A stretch of DNA of 64,000 nt from an uncultured Clostridia bacterium (GCA_945963595.1 CAMFMO010000004.1:7131-71130), one strand, 5' to 3'; shown: positions 26,540 to 36,717, counted from the first letter of the stretch. A program made the numbers and translations. The notes: generated from the letters alone by a model not told the origin.

Positions 26540-27501
26540 GCCTCAAACCTCCTGCATCGGACCTGCCTGCCGTCGGGAAGGGTGGTCAAATTGATTCTAT
26601 GGGCTTCGCATTCCGGGCAGCAGAACTGGCACCGGGGGGCGAACCGACAGCCGCTGGGCATATCGTACAGGCTGGGCACCAGGCCCTCCAGAGTACGAAG
26701 ACGGGAAACATGGTCGTTGATATCCGGGATGGAATTCATCAGACCGATGGTATAGGGATGCTTGGGATCATCGAAGAGAGCCCGGGTGGGGGCCTTTTCC
26801 ACGATGTCTCCGGCGTACATCACCGCCACCTCGTCGGCCATTTCGGCAATGACACCCAGGTCGTGGGTGATGATGATAATGGACATATGGAGCTTTTCCT
26901 GCAGGTCTTTCAGCAGTTGCAGGATCTGGGCCTGAATGGTCACATCCAGGGCCGTGGTGGGCTCGTCGGCAATCAGCAGCTCCGGATCTCCGGACAGGGC
27001 CATAGCGATCATGACCCGCTGGCGCATACCGCCGGAAAGCTGATGGGGGTATTCGTCTACCCGCTTCCCCGCTTCGGGAATGCCAACCAGCTCCAGCAGC
27101 TCAATGGCCCGGTCCCGGGCGGCCTTTTTGTCCAGGCCCTTGTGGAGCTTCAGGGACTCCGAAATCTGGTCCCCGATGGTAAATACCGGGTTCAGGGAGG
27201 TCATGGGCTCCTGGAAAATCATGGAGATCCGGTTGCCCCGGAGCTTACGCATTTCCTTTTCGGGCAGGGTCAAAAGGTCCTGGCCGTCAAAGACGATGCT
27301 GCCGCCCTCGTTCCGGCCGGTGGCAGGGTCCACCAGACGCATAATAGACAGGCTGGTGACGCTTTTGCCGCAGCCGGATTCACCCACTATGCCCAATGTC
27401 TTTCCCTTGTCCAGGGAAAAGGTGACGCCGTCCACCGCTTTGGCAACACCGGAATCGGTGTAGAAATAGGTTTTCAGGTCTTTTACTTCCAACAAACTCA
27501 T
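26536..27501 (-). CDS. oppD: Oligo/dipeptide ABC transporter ATP-binding subunit (OppD/DppD type)
   Basis: [51 protein letters not shown]. Confidence 0.93.
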
Positions 27502-27512
27502 GGGACGCCTCC

Positions 27513-28598
27513 TTATCCGATGTGGATCTCGTATGGGGTATGGGACAGGTTCTCCATGCCGGACTGGGTCACCAGCACGTCGTCCTCAATGCGGACACCG
27601 CAGTCGCCGGGGAAATAGAGCCCAGGCTCCACGGTGAAGATCATGCCGGGGCGCAGGATGGTCTCCCGGCCGATCTGGACCCGGGGGCACTCATGGATCT
27701 GCAGGCCAATGCCGTGGCCCAGGCCCCGCAGGGCGTAGCTGTCCAGATTCTCCCGGAAGAAGGGTACCCGGTGGGCATCCTCCACAACCTTGGAGCTGAC
27801 GCCGGGGCCGATTTTCTCAAGCGCGCACTGCTGGGATTCCCGGACCAGATTGAAAATGCGCATATGCTCCGGGGATACATCACCGAAAAGCAGGGTCCGG
27901 GTCATGTCGGAGCAGTAGCCATCCTTCATGACGCCGAAATCCACCACCACCATGTCTCCGTTTTCGATTTTCTTCTCTGTGGGGAAGGCATGGGCAAGAG
28001 CCCCCCGGGGGCCGGAGCCCACGATGGTGCCGAAGCTCATGGCCTCAGCACCCTCTTTGGATACCAGGTAGTGGAGCTCGTCGGCCACGTCCTTTTCGGT
28101 CATGCCGATCTTCAGCCGCGGCAGGAGCTTGTCAAAGCCTGCCTCAGCCGCGGCAATGGCGGCCTTGGTGCAGGCAATCTCTTCCGCGTCCTTGACCATG
28201 CGCTGCTCCAGGAAGTATTCCTGCTCATAGTGCAGCGGCATATCTCCCAGCTGCTCCTTCAGAGGCAGGTATTCATCCAGAGTCAGGCTGCTCTCCAGCA
28301 CCAGGGCGGTGATGCCCATGGCTTTGACGGTTTTCGCCACGGTGCCCAGCCGGTCGTAGAGATACTCAATGACCTGGCAGTCCTTTGTGGTCTGCTGCTG
28401 GGCCTGGGCGGTGTAGCGGGGGTCGGTAATGAGCTTTGCCTCGGTATCCGTGACGATGAGGTAGCCGTTGCTGCCGGTGAAGCCGCAGTAGTACCGACGA
28501 TTTTCATAGGAGGTAAAGAGCGCGCCGTCCAGGCCCTTGTCCGTCAGGTATTTCCGGACCCCGGCCAGGCGGCTGCGATAGGTTTCTTCTAGGTTCAT
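27513..28598 (-). CDS. M24 family (Xaa-Pro) aminopeptidase
   Basis: Creatinase_N plus DFG....GYCSDMTRT, GHGIGLQIHE, TVEPG, RIEDD metal ligands. Confidence 0.92.
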   Translation of the reverse strand: MNLEETYRSRLAGVRKYLTDKGLDGALFTSYENRRYYCGFTGSNGYLIVTDTEAKLITDPRYTAQAQQQTTKDCQVIEYLYDRLGTVAKTVKAMGITALVLESSLTLDEYLPLKEQLGDMPLHYEQEYFLEQRMVKDAEEIACTKAAIAAAEAGFDKLLPRLKIGMTEKDVADELHYLVSKEGAEAMSFGTIVGSGPRGALAHAFPTEKKIENGDMVVVDFGVMKDGYCSDMTRTLLFGDVSPEHMRIFNLVRESQQCALEKIGPGVSSKVVEDAHRVPFFRENLDSYALRGLGHGIGLQIHECPRVQIGRETILRPGMIFTVEPGLYFPGDCGVRIEDDVLVTQSGMENLSHTPYEIHIG

Positions 28599-28610
28599 AT
28601 GACTTCCTCC

Positions 28611-29510
28611 TTACTTTTTCTGCTTGGCATCGAAGGCATCCCGAAGTCCGTCACCGATGAAGTTGATGCTCAGCACGGCCAGCAGGATGCAGGCACCTGC
28701 CGGCACCCACTGCCAGGGGCGGCCGGTAAGGGTGGCCAGATTGTTGGCGCTCATAAGCATATTGCCCCAGGAGGCCGTGGGCAGCTGAACGCCTACACCC
28801 AAGTAGGACAGGGAGGCCTCCGTCAGGATGGCGTGGGCCATCTGCATGGTGCCCTCTACAATGATGGGGGCCATGACATTGGGAATGACGTGGGAGAAGA
28901 TGATCCGGGAGTCCGTAGCACCCAGGGACACGGCGGCCTGGACATATTCCATTTCCCGGACCCGGAGGATCTCACCCCGGACCAGACGGGCGGTGGCGGT
29001 CCAGTTGCACAGGCCCATGATCACCATGATGTTGTAGATACTGGGCTTTAGAATGGTGGAGATGATGATGATCAGAAACAGCACCGGGAAGCAGTTGACC
29101 ACGTCCACAATACGCATAATCACGCTGTCCAGCCAGCCGCCGAAATAGCCGGAGACGGCACCCAGCAGCACGCCCACCACCAGGGAGATGCCTACGGAGA
29201 CAATGCCCACGCTCATAGAGACCCGGGCACCGTAAATCAGACGGCTGAGCTCATCCCGTCCCACGTTGTCCGTGCCCAGGATGGTGCCGCTGGCGGAAGG
29301 GGACATATCCTTCATGACCTTGCCCTCAGGGGTCTCCAGGATCATATAGGGGTCATTCTGCACCAGCACCGGGGCAAAAACGGCGGCCAGGACCATGAGC
29401 AGTATGACGCACAGACCAATGACGGCCAGCTTGTTTTTCCGGAAGCGCTTCCAGCCATCGCTTTTGAACAGGCCGGTTTTTTTCTTTTTATATACCGTTG
29501 CGTTTGCCAT
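28611..29510 (-). CDS. oppC: Peptide ABC transporter permease (OppC type)
   Basis: LGTDNVGRDELSRLIYGARVS, EYVQAAVSLGA, SINFIGDGLRDAFD. Confidence 0.92.
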   Translation of the reverse strand: MANATVYKKKKTGLFKSDGWKRFRKNKLAVIGLCVILLMVLAAVFAPVLVQNDPYMILETPEGKVMKDMSPSASGTILGTDNVGRDELSRLIYGARVSMSVGIVSVGISLVVGVLLGAVSGYFGGWLDSVIMRIVDVVNCFPVLFLIIIISTILKPSIYNIMVIMGLCNWTATARLVRGEILRVREMEYVQAAVSLGATDSRIIFSHVIPNVMAPIIVEGTMQMAHAILTEASLSYLGVGVQLPTASWGNMLMSANNLATLTGRPWQWVPAGACILLAVLSINFIGDGLRDAFDAKQKK

Positions 29511-29519
29511 AGAAACACC

Positions 29520-30479
29520 TCAATAGCGAATCCGCGGATCGACCACGGAGTATAGAATATCCGCCAGCAGGTTGCCCAACAGCACCAGCACCGCGGTAAA
29601 CAGGGTCAGACCCATCAGGACCTGGTAGTCCCGGTTGTTAATGGCATCCACGCCCAGCAGACCCATGCCGGGCCAGCCGAAGACCTTTTCCGTGATGTAA
29701 GCGCCGCCGAACAGGTTGGGAATGGAGGCACCGAAGATGGTGACCACGGGGATCAGGGAGTTTTTCAGAGCGTGGCGGAAGACCACTACCTTTTCGGACA
29801 GGCCCTTGGCCCGGGCGGTACGGATGTAGTCCTGGGACAGGGTCTCGATCATGCTGGAGCGGACGAACCGCATCACCGTGGACAGATTGGCCAGGGACAT
29901 GACCATGGCGGGCATGATCAGATATTTGGCCTTGTGCCAGAACAGGGCCCAGCCGGTGCCATGGAAGGTGGCGGAGCCAAAGCCGGAGGTGGGCAGCCAC
30001 CGGAGCTTCAGGGCGAAGATATAGATCAGGCCCATGCCGAAGAAGAAGCTGGGAATGGAGATGCCGAAGAAGGAGAATACGGTCAGGCCGTAGTCACCTT
30101 TGGAATACTTGTGGGTGGCGGAGTAGACACCCAGAGGAATGCCGATGATGTAGCTCAGCAGGAAGGAGGTCACGGTCAGCAGCAGCGTGGCGGGCAGACG
30201 CTCCAGGATCATGTCCAGAACCGCCTGGCCATTGTAGGTGCTATAGCCGAAGTTGCCATGGACCAGCTCCTTGAGCCAGTTCCAATACTGCACGATAATG
30301 GGCTTGTTGAGGCCCAGCTTCTCCTGAGCCCGGAGCAGAGCCTCGGGACTGGAGCGGGGGCTGAGCATACCGCCCAGGGGGCCGCCGGGAGCCATCTTCA
30401 TAATGAAGAAGGTGAGGATGGTGATGCCGAAAATCACGGGGATCGCCTGCAGCAGACGCTTCCTAACATATTTATTCAT
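29520..30479 (-). CDS. oppB: Peptide ABC transporter permease (OppB type)
   Basis: DYIRTARAKGLSE, EKVFGWPGMG, DILYSVVDPRIRY. Confidence 0.93.
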   Translation of the reverse strand: MNKYVRKRLLQAIPVIFGITILTFFIMKMAPGGPLGGMLSPRSSPEALLRAQEKLGLNKPIIVQYWNWLKELVHGNFGYSTYNGQAVLDMILERLPATLLLTVTSFLLSYIIGIPLGVYSATHKYSKGDYGLTVFSFFGISIPSFFFGMGLIYIFALKLRWLPTSGFGSATFHGTGWALFWHKAKYLIMPAMVMSLANLSTVMRFVRSSMIETLSQDYIRTARAKGLSEKVVVFRHALKNSLIPVVTIFGASIPNLFGGAYITEKVFGWPGMGLLGVDAINNRDYQVLMGLTLFTAVLVLLGNLLADILYSVVDPRIRY

Positions 30480-30488
30480 AAGCGCTCC

Positions 30489-30944
30489 TTACTTGGTCTG
30501 CTCCCGCAGGGCGGGAATGAAGGTATCCGAGCTGACACAGACAAAGTCTGTCTCTCCCAGGGCATGGAGGAAGGCCTCGTATTTGCCCATGGTCAGGCCG
30601 TCGCACAGAGGCACATCTTCGGAGTAGTCGAAGGCAATGGTCTTGTGAGGCAGCTCCCGGACTATTGCCGTCAGGTCCGGATAGAATTCCTGGTAGTGGA
30701 CCACCTTGTCGAACATACCGGATTCTTCCACGTCCTGGGCATCAATGACAGAGGCCATAGCCAGCTTGTCTCCCCGGGAGGTGAAGGCGTAGGCGCTGGA
30801 GCCTACGGTGTCTACACCGAAGCAGGTGCCGGGGATGGGGTCCGCGCCCTCGCCGGTAATGATCAGGTACAGATCAATGCCCAGCTCCTTCATCCTGGCG
30901 ATCATATTGTCCATAAATTGAATGTTCTTAGTGTAATCGTTCAT
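30489..30944 (-). CDS. Stand-alone creatinase/prolidase N-terminal-like domain (no catalytic M24 domain)
   Basis: Start MNDYTK at 30944 (ATGA overlap). Aligns by eye with the N-terminus of 32265-33473 (IAFDYSED...CDGLTMGKY vs LALNISTD..RCDGLSMGLF). Confidence 0.65.
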   Translation of the reverse strand: MNDYTKNIQFMDNMIARMKELGIDLYLIITGEGADPIPGTCFGVDTVGSSAYAFTSRGDKLAMASVIDAQDVEESGMFDKVVHYQEFYPDLTAIVRELPHKTIAFDYSEDVPLCDGLTMGKYEAFLHALGETDFVCVSSDTFIPALREQTK

Positions 30945-32263
30945 GATAAAACCTCCCCATTGTCCACGGAAGCGATGGCTCCGGGACAGCCGCAATTGTT
31001 GCAAATGATTTCGTCCAGAACCCGGCAGCCAAACCGGAAGGAGTCTTCCAGAATGCTTTCGTCGTTCCCGTGGACCTTCGGCAGGATCACATCGAAGGAA
31101 TCCCCCATAGTCAGAGGGGATAGCCCGTAAACCATGGCCTTGCCTCCGGCAAAGAACCGGCCGTCCGTCCGGCCCAGGGCCAGCATAGGCAGTACGCCGC
31201 CGTCAAAGCCGAAGCGGGTGCAGCTGCGCTGGATCTGGCCGATCAGCTCTTGCAGGCGGGAGTTGTCGAAGCTGCTTTCAAAGCCGTCTTCATAGCTCTC
31301 AACCGCGTAGCTGACCTGGCAGTCCTCCAGGACCCGGTCCAGGAAGGCGGTAATTTCCTCCGGAGGGCTGTAGGGCAGCACCTTGAATTCCAGCAGGGTC
31401 TCCACCTGAGCCGGGATCACGTTGCTCCGCTCTCCCAGCAGGAAGGAGCGCATGGAGATGCTGTTCTGCCCCGCGTAGCCGAAGATATCCGCTCCCACGG
31501 GATTGTCCCATTCCCGGCTGCCCACAATGGCGGCCTGGGTGTCCTGGGTCCGGTGAGAGCCGCACTGCAGCTCCTCCTCCCGTGAAAAGATGTTTTTCAG
31601 GGCCTTGGCCATTTTCAGCATGGCCTGGTCAGCGCCGGGAGCGCTGGCGTGGCCGCCGGTGCCTGTGGCTGTCAGCCGGACTTTGCACACCGCTTTTTCG
31701 CCCACGGTGAGCATCATGTAGTTCTTGCTGTTGATCCGCAGGGGAAAGCCCCCGCCCTCGTTGATGACCATGCCCCTTTGGAAGAGCTCCGGCTCTGCCT
31801 GGCGAACATAACCCATGCCGTAGGCACTGCCCTGCTCCTCGTCAATGGTGGCGAGAAAGTATACGTCTCTGTTCAGTGCCGCCTCCTGCCCTGCTAAATG
31901 AAGGAATGCATAGAGCTCCATGACGGTCAGGTGCTTGGTGTCCAGGGTGCCCCGGGCCCAGATGCGGCCGCCCTCGCAGTCGGCGGAGAACAGGCCGTGG
32001 GTCCATTTCTCCGGGTCTCCCGACACCACATCGATGTGGGAGATCAGGATCATAGGATCCTCTGTGGGGTTGACCGCTGTGAGCTTGGCCAGCAGGTTGG
32101 GCCGCTTGGGGTCCCGGCAGATCCGGCGGTGGGCAATGCCGAACCGGTCCAGAATGCCTTCCAGATAGGCACAGGCCTGCTCTTCTCCGGCAGTTCCGGT
32201 AACAGATGGAATCCGCAGCAGCTCCAAGAAGCTTTGCCGGGCTTCTTGCTCGGTGAATTTCAT
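30941..32263 (-). CDS. M20/M25/M40 family metallopeptidase or amidohydrolase
   Basis: SHIDVV, RGTLDTK, IDEE, NEGGG, VHGNDE. Confidence 0.9.
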   Translation of the reverse strand: MKFTEQEARQSFLELLRIPSVTGTAGEEQACAYLEGILDRFGIAHRRICRDPKRPNLLAKLTAVNPTEDPMILISHIDVVSGDPEKWTHGLFSADCEGGRIWARGTLDTKHLTVMELYAFLHLAGQEAALNRDVYFLATIDEEQGSAYGMGYVRQAEPELFQRGMVINEGGGFPLRINSKNYMMLTVGEKAVCKVRLTATGTGGHASAPGADQAMLKMAKALKNIFSREEELQCGSHRTQDTQAAIVGSREWDNPVGADIFGYAGQNSISMRSFLLGERSNVIPAQVETLLEFKVLPYSPPEEITAFLDRVLEDCQVSYAVESYEDGFESSFDNSRLQELIGQIQRSCTRFGFDGGVLPMLALGRTDGRFFAGGKAMVYGLSPLTMGDSFDVILPKVHGNDESILEDSFRFGCRVLDEIICNNCGCPGAIASVDNGEVLS

Positions 32264-32264
32264 G

Positions 32265-33473
32265 TTAGATTCCCTCCGCCGTGCGGTAGGGGATCTCGAT
32301 CAGGGCGGTCTGGCGCTTGCTGATGAGCTCACAGCCGTTGTCGGTGATCAGCACATTGTCCTCAATGATGGCGCTGGCCTTGCTGCGGTCCTGCAGCACC
32401 GTAGGCTCCAGGGCGTAGATCTCATTCTTGCGGATGCGCTGCTCCGAGGCCCGCTTACCGGGTTTGCCCAGCAGGGTGCCGCCGTCGTGGACCTCCAGGC
32501 CCACCTGATGGCCGGTGGAGTGGAAAAATTCAGGATAGCCGTGGGAGAGGATGGTGGAGCGGCCCACATGGTCCACCTCGCAGCCCTTGACGCCGGGCTT
32601 GATCATGGCCATGCAGTTGCCCACTGCCTCAATGGCGGCGTTGGCTACATCCTGGATCTCCTGGGGGGCGTGGGCCTCTCCGGGCTTCAGGAAGTACAAG
32701 GTCCGGGCAATGTCGGAGGTATAGCCGTAGTAGCGGATGGAGAAGTCGATGACCAGCACGTCACCGGCCTCAATTTTGTTGATGTCATTGGGGCCCCGGT
32801 GGGACATGCCGCCCTTGGGCATCAGCACCAGGGGAGGCTCCTCCGGGTCGGCATAGCCGGTGCCGACGCCCCGCTTGGCGCACTCTTCCAGCATCATATT
32901 GGCAACGCCCACTTCGGTCATGCCAACATGGATGCGCTTAAAGAGGGCATCATAAATGTCGGTGGTGATGACGCTGCATTCCTTCATGATCTGGATCTCC
33001 ATGGGGGTCTTCACCGCCCGCAGCTCCTCCAGCATTTCGTAGGAGCTGCACCAGACCCGGGCCATGGTCTCGGCACCGATGGCCTTTTCCAGCTTTTTGA
33101 ACAGGCCCATGCTCAAGCCGTCGCAGCGTCCGTCGTCCGTAGAAATATTCAGGGCCAGCTTCTTCGGAGAAATCTGGTCAAAAATGGCTTTGAACTGCTT
33201 CATAAACTCTGCCTGAGGAGCTTCCACCACCTGGGTATACATCTGAGATTCCCGGTATTTGGCGGCATCCTCCGGCTGTGCCAGGGCGATCCGCTGGCCG
33301 GAGGCGGTGAGAACGAAGAGCACCTCGTTTTTGGTATCGGTGTTGAACATCAGTTCCAACGCGGTATCCCGCTTGCCTCTGGCGTAAATGACCCACATAT
33401 CGATATCGTACTGGTTCATCAGCTCCTTGGCCCGGGCCATTTTCTCTTTTGCGACAACATTGCGGTCAATCAT
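32265..33473 (-). CDS. M24 family peptidase
   Basis: DFSIRYYGYTSDIART, GHQVGLEVHD, ALEP, IIEDNV. Confidence 0.9.
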   Translation of the reverse strand: MIDRNVVAKEKMARAKELMNQYDIDMWVIYARGKRDTALELMFNTDTKNEVLFVLTASGQRIALAQPEDAAKYRESQMYTQVVEAPQAEFMKQFKAIFDQISPKKLALNISTDDGRCDGLSMGLFKKLEKAIGAETMARVWCSSYEMLEELRAVKTPMEIQIMKECSVITTDIYDALFKRIHVGMTEVGVANMMLEECAKRGVGTGYADPEEPPLVLMPKGGMSHRGPNDINKIEAGDVLVIDFSIRYYGYTSDIARTLYFLKPGEAHAPQEIQDVANAAIEAVGNCMAMIKPGVKGCEVDHVGRSTILSHGYPEFFHSTGHQVGLEVHDGGTLLGKPGKRASEQRIRKNEIYALEPTVLQDRSKASAIIEDNVLITDNGCELISKRQTALIEIPYRTAEGI

Positions 33474-34755
33474 TTTTTATTTCCTCCTTGACAGCATATA
33501 CGGCCGCCCGGCTCAGTACGTCGGTACCCAGACGGACGGAATCCTTGTGAATACGTTCGTTGACACCGTGGACCATGGTCACGGCGGTGTCGAAGGTCAT
33601 GTCCCACAGATATACGGGACTGTAGCCATAAACTCTGGCACCCAGACCGGTCAGGAAGCGGCCATCGCTGGAGCCCATGGAGACGAAAGGAAGGATCTGC
33701 GCCTTGGGATCTCCCAAGGCCTCTTGGGTGGCCCGTTCCAGCTGACCCAGCAGAATGCTCTCCGGGTTGGCCTCGTAGCCCTGGCTGAGGGAGAGGATCT
33801 CGTAGTCGCAGTCCCATTTTTGGGCCAGCTTCTCCAGAACCCCTTCCAGGTAGTCCCGGCCATAGCCGGGCAGGAGCCGGACATCGCAGGTGACCTGGAC
33901 GGTATTGACATTTTTGCCGGAGACCATGGTAACGGTCATGGTGTTGTGCTTCATGGCGAGAAGGATCTTTTCCATCATGGGGGAAAGGGCCGCTCCCGCC
34001 AGCTTTTCCTCAAAGGCCTTGACGGTTTCCAATGTCCGCTCCTCCAATACGGTGGAGCCGATGTCCTCTGCCAGAGCCATGGCCCGGGCCATACCGTCGC
34101 CGCTGCCGAAGAAGGGCCCCTTGGCCTTCCGGGCCTTTACGGTGAAGCGCACCGTGCCGCAGCCCTTCTGACCGGATTCACAGAGATAGAAGAGCTTTTC
34201 TCCCGCCAGAATGGGAAAGCCGCCGCCTTCGCTGATGACATCGCTGGAGCGCAGAATGTCCTCTCCACGGAGAGTCTCTCCCTCCAGGGTGACGCTGCCC
34301 TTCAAAAAGGCCTGAAGCCCGTAGGTGCTGCCGCTCTCTTCGTCACAGGTCGCCAGGAAGTATACGTCCCGGCAGCGGTCAGGCGTTTTGGCCAGAGCCT
34401 CATAGGCGCACAGCTCCATGACGGTGAGCTGCTTGGTGTCCACGGCTCCCCGGCCATAGATGAAGCCATTTTCGTCCTCCCAGGCCTCAAAGGGCGGGTG
34501 GAGCCATTGGCTGGGATCCGCCGCAACCACGTCTGTGTGGCTCAGAAGCACCAGAGGCGGCAGGGTGATTTCTCCGTCTGCCTTCAGTCGGGAAATCAGG
34601 TTGCCCCGGCCTGGGGCGGTTTCCTGCCGGGCAAAGGGAAGCTGGGCTTTTGCCAGCTTCCTCTCCAGGCAGTCCAGCAGGGCTGCCTCCGCTCCCGGCG
34701 GGTTCGTTGTATTGATGCGTATCAGTTCCTTCAGAAGCTCTACAGGATCTTCCAT
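33466..34755 (-). CDS. Second M20 family metallopeptidase
   Basis: Start MEDPVELL at 34755; SHTDVV, RGAVDTK, CDEE, SEGGG, VHGVNERI. Confidence 0.9.
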   Translation of the reverse strand: MEDPVELLKELIRINTTNPPGAEAALLDCLERKLAKAQLPFARQETAPGRGNLISRLKADGEITLPPLVLLSHTDVVAADPSQWLHPPFEAWEDENGFIYGRGAVDTKQLTVMELCAYEALAKTPDRCRDVYFLATCDEESGSTYGLQAFLKGSVTLEGETLRGEDILRSSDVISEGGGFPILAGEKLFYLCESGQKGCGTVRFTVKARKAKGPFFGSGDGMARAMALAEDIGSTVLEERTLETVKAFEEKLAGAALSPMMEKILLAMKHNTMTVTMVSGKNVNTVQVTCDVRLLPGYGRDYLEGVLEKLAQKWDCDYEILSLSQGYEANPESILLGQLERATQEALGDPKAQILPFVSMGSSDGRFLTGLGARVYGYSPVYLWDMTFDTAVTMVHGVNERIHKDSVRLGTDVLSRAAVYAVKEEIKND

Positions 34756-34827
34756 AAAAGCCACCTCTTTCGTCAAAGTCTTTCCCTGGGAACAGGCGGC
34801 TTGTCCTGCCCTCAGGGAAGGCCTTTG

Positions 34828-34873
34828 AAAAAGCACAGGGAGCCCAACGCCGGGCCGGGCTCCCTGTGCTTTT
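34828..34873 (-). terminator. Strong hairpin between the binding-protein gene and the rest of the operon
   Basis: AAAAGCACAGGGAGCCC / GGGCTCCCTGTGCTTTT, a 17-bp stem. Confidence 0.7.
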
Positions 34874-34875
34874 GA

Positions 34876-36573
34876 TCAGTCAGTTACGTTCCACTTTTCG
34901 ATTTGGAAGGTGATGCCCCGGAAGTCGCAGGTGAAGTCCTGGACCCGGCTGCCAATGCCGGCCACGCCGGTGGTGCCGTACATGGGGATCCAGTACAGAT
35001 CATCGGACTCGACCTTGGCGATCTGGTGGTAGATGTCTGCCCGCTCCGCAGGATCGGTGGCCAGCAGAGACTGGTTGAACAGCTCATCGATCTTGGGATT
35101 GCTGTAGTGGCCGAAGTTCCAGGAACCGGCACCGGTGCTGGTGGAGAGGTAGGCATTGTACTCGTTGGGGTCCACTTCTACACCGAAGCCCAGGGTGTAC
35201 ATCATGTAGGAGTCGCCGGTGGTTTCGGCGTTGCCGCTGTCGGGCAGCAGCTTGGTGAAGGCCAGAGTGGAGAAGTCCTGAGTGATGACTTCCATCTCTA
35301 CGCCGATGTCCTTCCACTGCTGCTGCAGCATGGTGGCAATGGCTTCGCCGGTGGAGGAGGTGGACATATCATAGACCAAATGGAGCCGCTTGCCGTCCTT
35401 CTGGAAGTAGCCGTCGGAGCCCATGGTGTAACCGGCTTCCTCCAGCAGAGACTTGGACAGGTCGGGGTTGTATTCATAGACGGTCACATTGTCGGTGTGG
35501 GACCAGTGGATGGCGGGGAAGATGTCCTCGCAGGGGTAGGCCATGCCGTCACCGAAGACGGTGTCCACGATCTTCTGCTTGTCGATGCCGTGGGCCAGGG
35601 CCTGACGGACACGGATGTCGGAAACCACATCGTTGAGCAGGTTGAAGCCGATGTAGTTAACGGTCATCTGTTCATAGGTGAAGATGTTCACATTGGGAGC
35701 GGCCTCTACGTTCTGGACCTCGGCAGTGGGCACGTTGTACATCACGTCGATCTCGCCGTTCAGCAGGGCAGCAGTCAGGGTGGTCTCATCGCCGAAGAGG
35801 ACGGTCACTTCCTGAATAGAGGGCTTCTCGCCGAAGTAATCCTCATTGCGCTCCAGCCGGATATACTGACCGGCCTTCCATTCCACAAACTTGTACTTGC
35901 CGGTGCCGATGGGGGCCCGGTTGAAGGAATCGTTGGCCCAGTCGGCGGGGCTCTCAGAGCTCAGGATGTGCTCCGGCAGGATGGCGGTGTACATATTGGC
36001 CATGAAAGCAGCGTTGGGGGCCTTCAGGGTGACCTCCACGGTGTAGTCGTCTACCTTCTTCAGGCCGGAAATCTCGGTGGCGGTGCCTTCCTGAACTTCG
36101 CTAGCGCCTACAATGTCCATGACCCGGCCTTCGTTGCCGCCTACGTAGTCGGGGTTCGCCAGGCTGGTCAGGGTGAAGACCACATCATCGGCGGTGAAGG
36201 GCTCGCCGTCGTGCCACTTCACATCCTTGCGCAGGTGGAAGGTGTAGACGGTGCCATCATCGGAGATGTCCCAGCTCTCAGCCAGATCAGGCTCGTAGTT
36301 CAAAGAAGCATCGGGCTTGGCCAGGAAGCTGAAGATCAGGTTCTGCACGTTGCTGTCCGGGGTCCGGGGATACTGCATGGGGTTCAGGTTGGCAACCTCA
36401 GAGGTCTGGCCAATGACAACGTAGCCGTTATCATTGGCAGATTCCGTGGTGCTGTCTCCTGTGCTTCCGCCAGTGGTGGCTGCGGGAGCGGAGCTGCTGC
36501 TTCCGCAGGCAGCCATGGAAAGAACCATGGCCAGAGCCAGGAGGAGTGACAACATTCTTATCATTTTTTTCAT
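34876..36573 (-). CDS. oppA: Peptide ABC transporter substrate-binding lipoprotein (family 5)
   Basis: Lipobox SMAAC; PDLAESWDISDDGTVYTFHLRKDVKWHDGEPFTADDVVFT; PIGTGKYKF. Confidence 0.93.
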   Translation of the reverse strand: MKKMIRMLSLLLALAMVLSMAACGSSSSAPAATTGGSTGDSTTESANDNGYVVIGQTSEVANLNPMQYPRTPDSNVQNLIFSFLAKPDASLNYEPDLAESWDISDDGTVYTFHLRKDVKWHDGEPFTADDVVFTLTSLANPDYVGGNEGRVMDIVGASEVQEGTATEISGLKKVDDYTVEVTLKAPNAAFMANMYTAILPEHILSSESPADWANDSFNRAPIGTGKYKFVEWKAGQYIRLERNEDYFGEKPSIQEVTVLFGDETTLTAALLNGEIDVMYNVPTAEVQNVEAAPNVNIFTYEQMTVNYIGFNLLNDVVSDIRVRQALAHGIDKQKIVDTVFGDGMAYPCEDIFPAIHWSHTDNVTVYEYNPDLSKSLLEEAGYTMGSDGYFQKDGKRLHLVYDMSTSSTGEAIATMLQQQWKDIGVEMEVITQDFSTLAFTKLLPDSGNAETTGDSYMMYTLGFGVEVDPNEYNAYLSTSTGAGSWNFGHYSNPKIDELFNQSLLATDPAERADIYHQIAKVESDDLYWIPMYGTTGVAGIGSRVQDFTCDFRGITFQIEKWNVTD

Positions 36574-36688
36574 TTTCTTGTACCTCCTTGTATTCTCTCG
36601 GCGCTATTCGGAGAAAAAGCGCCACCTGTCAAGCAGTGCATCCAATCGGCAACCTTTACCGTGATCTATTCCGCTTAACAATATTTGA

Positions 36689-36717
36689 ATTATAGCGAAG
36701 CGTTCGCCGGTTGTCAA
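36689..36717 (-). promoter_or_regulatory. Consensus sigma70 promoter of the peptide operon
   Basis: TTGACA-17-TATAAT on the minus strand. Confidence 0.8.

Noticed and set aside
36575-36688. Riboswitch or T-box in the oppA leader
   Set aside because: No T-box motif, terminator or known aptamer consensus could be matched by eye. An Rfam scan would settle it.
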